From positions 196,974,001-197,038,000 of the forward strand of contig NC_091981.1 in NCBI RefSeq assembly GCF_044704955.1: a stretch of DNA of 64,000 nucleotides. Direction: 5' to 3'. Made by a program: the position numbers and the translations under genes. Numbering within the stretch: position 1 is the first letter of the stretch; the number at the start of each line of letters is the position of its first letter. Below are positions 14,201 through 24,959 of this stretch, in pieces. Origin of the DNA: Pristiophorus japonicus (lineage: Eukaryota). Under the pieces are notes generated by a model. That model made no database searches. It was given only the letters and a program-made list of their open reading frames with translations, and was not told the DNA's origin.

Positions 14201-15282
14201 ATCCCATGTGTGGTGGCCAGGCATCGACTCAGATTTAGAGTCATGTATGCGCCAGTGCAACGCTTGTTTACAGTTGAGCAATGCACCCAGAAAGGCACCG
14301 CTATGATTATGGTCCTGGCCATCCAAACCGTGGTGGAGGATCCATGCAGGCCCATTCCTAGGCAAAATGCTTTTGGTAGTCGTGGATTCTTACTAAAAGT
14401 GAATCGAATGTGCAATAATGTCTGGAAGCACGTCCACGGCCACCATTGAAAGTCTAAGAGCTATGTTTGCCACGCACGGCCTGCCCGACGTCCTAGTCAA
14501 TGATAATGGGCCGTGCTTCACAAGTGCCGAATTCAAAGAGTTCATGGGATCAAACATGTCACATCTGCGCCGTTCAAGCCCGCATCCAACCGTCAGGCAG
14601 AACGGACAGTTCAGACCACCAAGCAAAGTTTGAAACGCGTGTCGGAAGGCTCCCTGCAGACCCGGTTGTCCCGAGTACTGCTCAGCTACCGCACCAGACC
14701 TCACGCACTCACAGGGATTCCCCCAGCCGAGCTGCTCATGAAAAGGATGCTTAAAACAAGGCTCTCTCTGGTCCACCTTGATCTATATGATCACGTGGAG
14801 GACAAGCGACATCAACAGAGTGTGTACCATGACCGCGCAAACTTGTCACGCGATATTGAGATTAATGATCCTGTGTTTGTGCTCAATTATGGACATGGTC
14901 CCAAATGGCTCACTGGCACGGTCACAGCCAAAGAGGGGAGTAGGGTGTTTCAGGTCAAACTGACCAATGGACAAACATACAGAAAACACTTGGACCAAAT
15001 TAAACTGCGGTTCACCAACAGCTACGTACAACCTGAAGAGGACACCCACCAACTTTGACCTTCCAACACACACACACAAGTGGCAACTGACATCACAGTT
15101 GACCACAAAACAGAACTCATCATCCCCAGCAGCCCGGCAAGGCTGGCTGCCCAACAGCCCAATGAAGAACTGACCAACCCAACCACACCAACATTTGTAC
15201 CGAGAAGATCGACAAGGGAGCGCAAAGCCCCAGATCATCTCACCTTGTAAATAAGTGCATTGTTGACTTCACAGGGGAGTGA

Positions 15283-15497
15283 TGTTATGTATTTAACCCT
15301 TTTTAACCTTGTAACCTGCATCACACCTGTCCACCAGAGGGCCTACCTGTTGGAGTCCCAAGGGATCCCAGCATCCCTGGAGAGTATAGTATATAACCCA
15401 CGAGGTACCTGTACTCTGGAACTACAATAAAGGAGCTAAGGTCACACTTGCTCATTACACACAGTACTCCGTCTGACCATTTATTCTGAGTGTAACA
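15283..15497 (+). repeat. 3' LTR of the Gypsy element
   Basis: TG...CA ends, preceded by the PPT and followed by TSD CTTAG. Confidence 0.93.
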
Positions 15498-15621
15498 CTT
15501 AGGAGGCTTCGGCAGCAGCGGGGCGGAGCTGGGGGGATTGGGGCAGATATGGTCACCGCCAAAAAAACTCCCAAAGAGAATTTTGCAAACGGCGGCCATT
15601 CAACGAAAAATCGGCAGCCAC

Positions 15622-16835
15622 TAGTAGAGTGGACAAGGGAGAACCAGTGGATGTAGTGTATTTGGACTTTCAAAAGGTTTTTGACAAGGTCCCACACAAG
15701 AGATTGGTGTGCAAAATTAAAGCACATGGTATTGGGCGTAATGTATTGACGTGGATAGAGAACTGGTTGGCAGACAGGAAGCAAAGAGTAGGAATAAACG
15801 GGTCCTTTTCAGAATGGTAGGCAGTGACTAGTGGGGTACCGCAAGGTTCAGTGCTGGGACCCCAGCTATTTACAAGATACATTAATGATTTAGACAAAGG
15901 AATTGAATATAATATCTCCAAGTTTGCAGATGACACTAAGCTGGGTGACAGTCTGAGTTGTGAGGAGGATGCTAAGAGACTGCAGGGTGACTTGGACAGG
16001 TTACGTGAGTGGGCAAATGAATGGCAGATGCAGTATAATGTAGATAAATGTGAGGTTATCCACTTTGGTGGCAAAAACAGAAAGGCAGAGTATTATCTGA
16101 ATGGTGACAGATTAGTAAAAGGGGAGGTACAATGAGACCTGGATGTCATGGTGCATCAGTCATTGCAATTTGGCATGCAGGTACAGCAAGCGATGAAGAA
16201 GGCAAATGGCATGTTGGCCTTCATAGCTAGAGGATTTGAGTAAAGGAGCAGGGAGGTCTTACTGCAGTTGTATAGGGCCTTGGTGAGGCCACACCTTGAA
16301 TATTGTGTACAGTTTTGGTCTCCTAATCTGAGGAAGCACATTCTTGCTATTGAGGGAGTGCAGCGAAGGTTCACCAGACTGATTCCCGGGATGGCAGGGC
16401 TGACATATGAAGAAAGATTGGATCGACTCGATCGCTGGAATTTAGAAGAATGAGAGGGGGTGTCATAGAAACATATAAAATTCTGAAGGGACTGGACAGC
16501 TTAGATACAGGAAAAATGTTCCCGATGTTGGGGAAGTCCAGAACCAGGGGTCACAGTCTAAGGATAAGGGGTAGCCATTTAGAACTGAGATGAGGAGAAA
16601 CTTCTTCACTCAGAGAATTGTGAACCTGTGGAATTCTCTACCACAGAAAGTTGTTGAGGTCAGTCCGTTAGATATATTCAAAAGGGAGTTAGATGCGGCT
16701 CTTACGGCTAACGGGATCAAGGGGTATGGAGAGAAAGCAGGAATGGGGTATTAAAATTGTATGATCAGCCATGATCATATTGAATGGTGGTGCAGGCTCG
16801 AAGGGCCGAATGGCCTACTCCTGCACCTATTTTCT
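15622..16835 (+). mobile_element. CR1 LINE 3' portion
   Basis: ORFs 15629-15820 (DFQKVFDKVPH), 15824-16135 (GVPQGSVLGP, FADD) and 16268-16453, followed by the CR1 3' UTR. Confidence 0.92.
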
Positions 16836-17209
16836 ATTCGACACTGCCGTATGGCCGCCACTTTGCGGCAGCAGGAGGCTGAATTTCGGCCCCCTTTACT
16901 TTTATACTCAAATCAAATAAAGGCCAACATACCATTTACTTTCTTAATTGCTTTCTGCACCTGCATGTTAACTTTCAGTGATTCGTGTACAAGGACACCC
17001 ATGCCCCTCTGAACATTAACATTTCCCAATCTCTCACTATTTAAAAAATACTCTGCTTTTCTATTTTTCCTACCAAAGTGGATAACTTCACATTTCTCCA
17101 CATTATATTCCATTTGTCATGTTCTTGCCCACTCACTTAGCCTGTCTATATCTCCTTCAAGTCTCTTTGCATCCTCCACACACCTAGCTTTGTAAAAGGT
17201 TGACCTTGC

Positions 17210-17269
17210 TGGTTTCAATCCATTGACCTCTGGGTTTTGGGACCCATGCCTCCGCTGCGCCACTCTCCT
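17210..17269 (-). pseudogene. Degenerate initiator tRNA-Met-derived sequence (tRNA pseudogene or SINE head)
   Basis: Reverse complement aggagagtggcgcagcggaggcatgggtcccaaaacccagaggtcaatggattgaaacca aligns with vertebrate tRNA-iMet AGCAGAGTGGCGCAGCGGAAGCGTGCTGGGCCCATAACCCAGAGGTCGATGGATCGAAACCA. The anticodon is mutated and the 3' acceptor strand is missing. Confidence 0.8.
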
Positions 17270-18330
17270 ATTTGGACGCCTAATGATGTGACCTGATTTT
17301 TCCTCAACTGCATCTTCTTAAAGAAATGCACAAAGTGTCCTGAAGTTCTAAACACCAAACAGTTCCTCATCTTTACGCCCAAAAATAGATTGTCTGCTAC
17401 ACTGCAAACTTAAACATTGTTTAAATAGTTTCTTTGGCGTGGTTTGTATCATATTGCATAAAGTACTTTTAGCTGATATCATGTTGAAATTGTTTAAAAG
17501 CAAAAACAAGCATCAAAGAAATTATTAAATTTGTCAGTTTCAATGGAAAGATATTCAGAGGTAAAGCCCATCTGCATCTTTGCATGTAAAGTCACGGTGC
17601 ATCAGCCCACTTCATACTCAGTTCCACAGACTGCCAGATATTCAATCAAGGTGAAGGAAACATCTGCCCACTGTAACTAATTGTGGACACTATTAAAACC
17701 TACACTGACCTACAGACATGAGAAAGTGACAGGAATTCCATGTATTTTCACCACTCTCTAACTTCAATCCCATTTTAATATTTAACACAATTGGTATACT
17801 TTTGGTTTTGTTTTCTTGAGCATTTTCTAATTTTAAAGAAATTCCCAGAGTGCTGATAGCATGCTGATGAAAAACGGTTGTTATAGATACCAGTTATTTG
17901 AGGTTTATAAAATGTGCAGTTGCTGTATTAAAAAACAATCAAAATCATAAAGCACAAGTAATAATTTCAGGACCACAAAGGCTCCCAAAAGTGCAATTTC
18001 TTCCGATGACAATTTTTTTTCATTTGTTATCCAGTCAAAAGACTAATATTTTAGGGATGTAAGCTTGATAACACTGCACACGCAAAACAAAAAACATTCC
18101 AGCATTTTCAGTATGCATTTGACTTGCGAAGGCAGCAGTTCATTCAGCTAAAATTAATAGAGGTTAATAAGTGTTAAGAGATAATTAAGCATGCAATATT
18201 AAGCTCAAACCAAAACAATTTCATATGCATAACATTTTGTAATTTTAAAAGTAATTAGCACGAATATTTAAACAGTTTCAGCTATGTTTGCAGTAAAGAA
18301 ACCCACACTTTTATATTTCATCCTACTAAT

Positions 18331-20298
18331 TGGCCAGAAAAAGCAGCAAACCTGAGGACTGGGAGAAATTTAGAATTCAGCAGAGGAGGACAAAGGGTTT
18401 AATTAGGAGGGGGGAAATAGAGTATGAGAGGAAGCTTGCTGGGAACATAAAAACTGATTGCAAAAGCTTCTATAGATATGTGACGAGAAAAAGATTAGTG
18501 AAGACAAACGTAGGTCCCTTGCAGTCAGATTCAGGTGAATGTATTATGGTGAACAAAGAAATAGCAGACCAGCTGAACAAATACTTTGGTTCTATCTTCA
18601 CGAAGGAAGACACAAATAACCTTCCGGAAATACTAGGGGACCGAGGTTCGAGTGAGAAGGAGGAACTAAAGGAAATCCTTATTAGGCGGGAAATTGTGTT
18701 AGGGAAATTGATGGGATTGAAGGCTGATAAATCCCCGGGGCCTGATAGTCTGTATCCCAGAGTACTTAAGGAAGTGGCCCTAGAAATAATGGATGCATTG
18801 GTGATCATTTTCCAACAGTCTATCGACTCTGGATCAGTTCCTATGGACTGGAGAGTAGCTAATGCAACACCACTTTTTAAAAAAGGAGGGGGAGAGAAAA
18901 CGGGGAATTATAAACTGGTTAAGCCTGACATCAGTAGTGGGGAAAATGTTGGAATCAACTGTTGAAGATGAAATAGCAGCGCATTTGGAAAGCAATGACA
19001 GGATCGGTCCAAGTCAGCATGGATTTATGAAGGGGAAATCATGCTTGACAAATCTTCTGGAATTTTTTGAGGATGTAACTCGTAGCGTGGACAAGGGAGA
19101 ACCAGTGGATGTGGTGTATTTGGACTTTCAAAAGGCTTTTGACAAGGTCCCACACAAGAGATTGGTGTGCAAAATTAAAGCACATGGTATTGGGGGTAAT
19201 GTACTGACGTGGATAGAGAACTGGTTGGCAGACAGGAAGCAGAGAGTAGGGATAAACGGGTCCTTTTCTGAATGGCAGGCAGTGACTAGTGGGGTGCTGC
19301 AGGTCTCAGTGCTGGGACCCCAGCTATTTACAATATACATCAATGATTTAGATGAAGGAATTGAGTGTAATATCTCCAAGTTTGCAGATGACACTAAGCT
19401 GGGTGGCAGTGTGAGCTGTGAGGAGGACGCTAAGAGGCTGCAGGGTGACTTGGACAGGTTAGGTGATTGGGCAAATGCATGGCAGATGCAGTATAATGTG
19501 GATAAATAATTGGGAGCAAAATCACGAAGGCAGAATATTATCTGAATGGCAGATTAGGAAATGGAGCGATGCAACGAGACCTGGGTGTCATGGTACATCA
19601 GTCATTGAAAGTTGGCATGCAGGTACAGCAGGCAGTGAAGAAGGCAAATGGTATGTTGGCCTTCATAGCTAGGGGATTTGAGTAGAGCAGCAGGGAGGTC
19701 TTACTGCAGTTGTACAGGGCCTTGGTGAGGCCTCACCTGGAATATTGTGTTCAGTTTTTGGTCTCCTAATCTGAGGAAGGACGTTCTTGCTATTGAGGGA
19801 GTGCAGTGAAGGTTCACCAGACTGATTCCAGGGATGGCAGGACTGACATATGAGGAGAGGCTGGATCGACTGGGCCTGTATTCACTGGAGTTTAGAAGGA
19901 TGAGAGGGGATCTCATAGAAACATATAAAATTCTGACAGGACTGGACAGGTTAGATGCAGGAAGAATGTTCCCGATGTTGGGGAAGTCCAGAACCAGGGG
20001 ACATAGTCGTAGGATAAGGGGTAAGCCATTTAGGACTGAGATGAGAAGGAACTCCTTCACTCAGAAAGTTGTTAACCTATGGAATTCCCTACCGCAGAGA
20101 GTTGTTGATGGCAGTTCATTGGATATATTCAAGAGGGAGTTCGATATGGCCCTTGTGGCTAAAGGGATCAAGGGGTATGGAGGGAAAACAGGAACGGAGT
20201 ACTGAAGGAATGATCAGCCATGATCTTATTGAATGGTGGTGCAGGCTCGACGGGCCGAATGGCCTACTCCTGCACCTATTTTCGATGTTTCTATGTTT
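18331..20298 (+). mobile_element. CR1 LINE, 5'-truncated, with TSD
   Basis: ORFs 18330-18965, 18862-19509 and 19834-20205. TSD ctactaat at 18323-18330 and 20299-20306. Confidence 0.93.
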
Positions 20299-20994
20299 CT
20301 ACTAATCTCAAAATTCATTTACAAAACTGCAGTTATCATGTGCAGTCAGTGTTTCATGTGTGAAGACATAACTCTTAAGTAAGGCAAAAATGGCACTGAT
20401 GTTAATACTGAGTTCTGCTTATCTAGAACAAATACAGTGCTGACAATACTTGGGACCAATGTTGGCAGAAAAACAAGCAATTTAACAAAATACTCGATCA
20501 CTCCTGAAACCAGTTCCTAAAAATAACAATTTTATCTTGGTAAAACAGGAAAACTTACAAAGGAAAACAATTTCATCCGTTCCAAATTCCTTGGATTGTT
20601 ATTTTAAATAAATTAGGCCACAGTAAATCACTAACATTTTAGCCAAGGCCCACAATTACAAGCAAGCAGTACAGTGAGGTTCTTGCTCTCTCCTCTCCCT
20701 ATAGTTGAATCCCAGCTCCAGCAAAATCCATAACTTGGTGGCCTGTGAAAGAAGGTCCAAAGAAATATGGATAAGCATGTCTGCTGAGGGCTACAGACGA
20801 GGAGAAAGTGGGTGAAAGTGCTCCTGTGCACTGTATTAGACCACCAACATTTAAAATTAGACAAAGTGAATTTGTGGGAATGGAAATGTGCATTGCAGTT
20901 GGAAAATATTCTCATAACGTGGTACCAACAATGAAAAATAAAGTTCACCAGGTTTATCAATCCTTGATAACGACGATTATTGTACAAAGGCATT

Positions 20995-21210
20995 GGGGGT
21001 GATTTCCAACTACCACCTAACCCACTTACGCTGGCGAAAGGGACATCTGGCAGTTGAAAATTGTCTCTCCAGTCAGCGGTCAGCTCTCTGAATGGTAAGG
21101 AAAAAAGGTTCTACCATGAAAATTATTCAGGCTTCTCACAGCAGCGATTGGGCAGGGACATGCCCTGCCCACTTCATGCCCATTTTGGGTGAAAGTTCAC
21201 AATCACCACC
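20995..21210. mobile_element. Short MITE with GG-terminal TIR and ATT TSD
   Basis: att|gggggtgatt ... aatcaccacc|att. Confidence 0.55.
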
Positions 21211-22069
21211 ATTGAGAATGGATAATTTAAGAAGATATGTCACTAAATGTGACCATGAAAATCAGGATTATTTTGAAGTAAATATTCGGACCAAGTGCAT
21301 GAATTTCCTTTTTGCGAATGGCAAAAGATTTGCCATAGCTCTGCCCATGGAAATAACAGGCCCTTTGAAATACATCTTCTTATAATCGCCAGCACATGAA
21401 TTTGTAAATAGCAGCCTGTAGAGGCCCTATTCCATATGTTCCTTTGTTTGCTGCTGAGAGAAATACTGAGCAGTGCTTCCTGGCCATTTATTTCATTTTT
21501 TTTTCACAAAAGAAAATAAACATTTGTATGTCATGGGTCCTATCTCTCAAAGAGAACATATTTGGTGAGATCACACATGCAACCGATTGATAAGCGAGAG
21601 TTGGTGGCCCCACCATCCAGCTACCCAGAAAGTAGGCACATTCATGTGTTTGTAGAGAGCGACAGCTGGTCAAGAGGAGCTCTGATGGGAGTATTATTAA
21701 TGCTTACAAACATAAATACAGATAAGGAGATCAAATATTCCACAGCGCATGATGATCTCCAGAATATAAATGCTGTCTTTCGACAGGAGCAAGCCAGTTT
21801 TTAGTTGAGGCAATGTGAAGATATTTTACCATTAATAAAGAAAATAGACTTTGCGCCATAATGGGAATTGACATTCTTAAGCATGGAGTAAGACTGCACT
21901 GTCCATAATCATTTATTCCCTAAAAAAGTCAATAAAGGAGACAATTTTCTATTAAAAAAAAGCCAGTATGAAATATTGGGATCTTGGTGACACAGTGGGT
22001 TAAAGCACGTATTTCATCTCGTGGTCTGAGGTGTCAACTCAATCTAGATTGGTTGGATGAAAATCTCTT

Positions 22070-22965
22070 TCTCCTGCTCCCTCTCCCTAGTCTCCATCCT
22101 CTCCTCCGGCAATAAGTGTGAGGAGCTCATGGACTTCATTGTCTCTAAGATTGAGACCATCTGCTTGGCTGCCTCTGCCTCTTCCCTTCCTTTCCCTAGC
22201 CCACCGGGCCAAACTTCCTCGAAAGAAGCCCCCTGCCCTAGCCCTGACCTCACATCTTTCTCCAGTTTATCTCTGATCTCCCCCTCATGACCTTTCCGAG
22301 ATCATCCTGTCCATGAGATCCACTTCCTGCGTCCTTGGCTCCATTCCCACCAAACTGCTGACTACTCAACTTCCTTTTCTGGCTCCTATGTTAGCTGACA
22401 TTGTTAATGGTTTGCTCTCCTCGTGCACTGACCCTCTCTCCCTCAAATCTGCCGTCATCTCCTCTCCTCGAAAAACAACCATCGACTCCTCCATCCTTGC
22501 AAACCCATCACCCCTGTGCTCACTGACCTACATTGGCTACCGGTTAAGCAACGCCTCGGTTTCAAAAGTCTCATCCTTATTTTCAAATCCCTCCATGGCC
22601 TCGACCCTCCCTATCTCTGTGATCTCCTCCAGCCCCACAACCCCCTGAGATATCTGTGCTCCTCTAATTCAGCCCTCTTGAGCATCCCTGATTATAATTG
22701 TTCAACCATTGATGGCTGTGCCTTCTGTTGCCTCGGCCCCAAGCTCTAGAACTCCATGCCTAAACCTCTTTGCCTCTCTTTCCTCCTTCAAAACGCTTTT
22801 TAAAACATACCTCTTTGACAAAACTTTTGGTCACCTGCGCTAATTTCTACTTACGTGGCTCGGTGTCAAATTTTTATCATAATATTCCTGCGAAGCGCCT
22901 TGGGATATTTCACTATGTTAAAGGCACGATATAAATACAAGTTGTTGTTACTGTTGTTGTTGTAG
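22070..22965 (+). mobile_element. L2 LINE fragment with internal deletion
   Basis: ORFs with SIPTKLL, LHWLPVKQR and GPKL; L2 tail aaaggcacgatataaatacaagttgttg. Confidence 0.85.
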
Positions 22966-24274
22966 CTAGTTGTAAAATTATGGACTGAAATGAGTTAAGA
23001 ACATAACATGGAATGAAAAAAAGAAAACCCACTCGTTATACAGACCACATACAACCCAAACCATTATGGACCCTACCTCGCCCTGAGGAAAAAGTCTGCA
23101 TCTTGACTTTTCACTGATCCTGAAAAGGTAATCAAGCAAAACCTCCCAATATTCATCCACCCACATATTCATTATTTAGCCTGGCCAGCTGCCCTTCATA
23201 GGCAATACCTTCCACCTCAAGCTACAGCAAAAAGGGCTATTATGTATTGTGTTGTATTTGATCATCTCAGTCTATACTTATCCCTATAACTCCCAATCCT
23301 ATTCTCAACCAACTATCCACAGAGCTCATGTTCACCAGCTGCTCTTCACAAACACATGAATATATCAAGTCCTGGACAGATGGTTGGTAATGCTGCCAAT
23401 TCCCTCCCTTGTCAAACATCCCATCATAATCCCTGAGCCTCAGCCATACTCCCTTCCGCTGGCATTCAAAGATCAGATAAAATTTGGCCCGACTGTAATT
23501 TGGGTGGTTGTGGAATATAAACAAAACAGTGGCAAAAATATACCAGTAGAAAAGTTCTTTAAAAAAAATGAAAATTAAATTATTTCACAATTTGTTGAGG
23601 AAAAATGAGTATTGCTCAAAATCAATTTAAGAAATTAACAAAGGCAAGAAAATAGATATTTTGCAATTACACAACAGAAATTAAATAACGAGAAAAACAG
23701 TTTTAATTACAAAGAGATGAAGTGGAGTTTGAGAGAGAAATTTTTCAATGAGAAGATAAATTGATGATAGTGTTTCTTGACATTCCAGAAAATAATTGAG
23801 AAGAATTTGATATGAATGCATTAAGCATTCAAACAATATCACCAACAGTAATTTCTAACCTACCACGTTAAAAGGGTAAAAGGAAAAAGAGTATAATGAT
23901 GTTTATTGGTAAACATGTGCTTGACACACACTCGAGTCGCACTGATTATCACATCATTAGGTTCAGTCTTTTGGCTCAGGCTGGTGCAAGAGGTGATAAA
24001 ATTAATGTAGAAGATTGTTTTTTTTTAACTTTACAACAAGAGAACATAAACACCAGGAATATCTTCGAACTTTCTGCCAAATTTATGGTGACAGAAGCCC
24101 CAAAGAAATTTCCAGCGAAGAATGTAGGAATGAAAAAAAATACCATTTGGCCTATACATCTTGTGGTGCCATACAAGTCATGATTCAATACTTGATCTGA
24201 CAATTTTTCATCTTTGTTCATAGGGCATTCCCTTGTCTGCTGTTCTAATGGAGGCACTAACCCTTTTTAAATAA

Positions 24275-24385
24275 ATGGTTCTGAGGAGGGATTCTATACT
24301 CAAAACATTGAGAAACTTGTGCTCTCTCAACAGATGCTGTCTGACCTGCCGAGTGTTCCAGCCTTTTCTGTTTTTGTTTGAAATA
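24275..24385 (+). mobile_element. Degenerate copy of the Penelope-associated hammerhead-bearing short repeat
   Basis: ctgagga...aaaacattg followed by cagatgctgtctgacctgccgagtgttccagccttttctgtttt, homologous to 29531-29716. Confidence 0.6.
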
Positions 24386-24519
24386 AATGCGTCAATGCTT
24401 CAGATCAAATAGAGGACAGAGAAATATTATACAAAGGTGATAACCACTCATCTGCTATTTTCAGCAACAGCAATTTCTAGTCTTATATATTTTTGTATGC
24501 ACAACTGGACATAACATAA

Positions 24520-24958
24520 TGGGTTTCGGTAAGACACATTACCGCCAGTTTGCGACGGCCATGGGGCGGAGTCCTGTGGCCGCCGCTTTGCAGTTAACTG
24601 GCCATCCCGACCCAAATTCAAGTCAGGGATTTTTCGGCCTGTCCCCACTTCCGCCCCGCTGCTGCTGACCGCCGCAAGCACGTCATATAAGCACACACCA
24701 CTGCTATCCCTCATTTATATTTTATTCCAACCGGCTAAAAAAATCCATGAGCCGATGAACGGTGCCCCTGACAGTTTTTTCTGTCAGTGCACCTTGCCTC
24801 CTCTCTCTCGGTCCTGGCGTTGTGGCAGACATTAAAGGGGAGGGCTGAATACCGCAGCCGCCATATAATTTTTTTTTGTCGGTCGGATTCCGTGTCAGCC
24901 AGGCTATTGTGCCCCCGGGCACGGCAGCAGCCTGGCACCCCTTCTTGGTGCCAGACCA
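24520..24958. mobile_element. Fragment of the GC-rich MITE family related to 4548-5317 and 10490-16893
   Basis: Shares motifs with those elements (acgtcat, ctgacagtttttt, taaaggggagggc). The termini are incomplete. Confidence 0.5.
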
Positions 24959-24959
24959 C

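Larger units (their letters stand above)
11026..15497 (+). mobile_element. Full-length Ty3/Gypsy (Mag-clade-like) LTR retrotransposon with decayed gag-pol
   Basis: LTRs 11026-11233 and 15283-15497, TSD CTTAG, PBS-like attgacgaagag after the 5' LTR, PPT acaggggagtga. Coding remnants: gag EKFSEGDDWEAFVER, CCHC knuckle, protease LDTGA, RT FQDD, RNase H DAS, integrase HPG...WWP...C..C and DNGP. Confidence 0.95.
10490..16893. mobile_element. PIF/Harbinger-like MITE (segments 10490-11025, 15498-15620 and about 16836-16893) containing a Gypsy provirus and a CR1
   Basis: TIRs gtggccgaaattcag and ctgaatttcggcccc. The 3-bp TSD CTT is at 10487-10489 and 16894-16896. Confidence 0.8.
9895..17190 (-). mobile_element. 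Antisense CR1 split in two (9895-10489 and 16894-17190) by a MITE insertion
   Basis: The (cataagaa)n tail is at 9895. The CR1 text aagacatctt...ctttacttttatactcaaat resumes across the insertion. ORF 16913-17113 reads MEYNVEKCEVIHFG. Confidence 0.8.
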
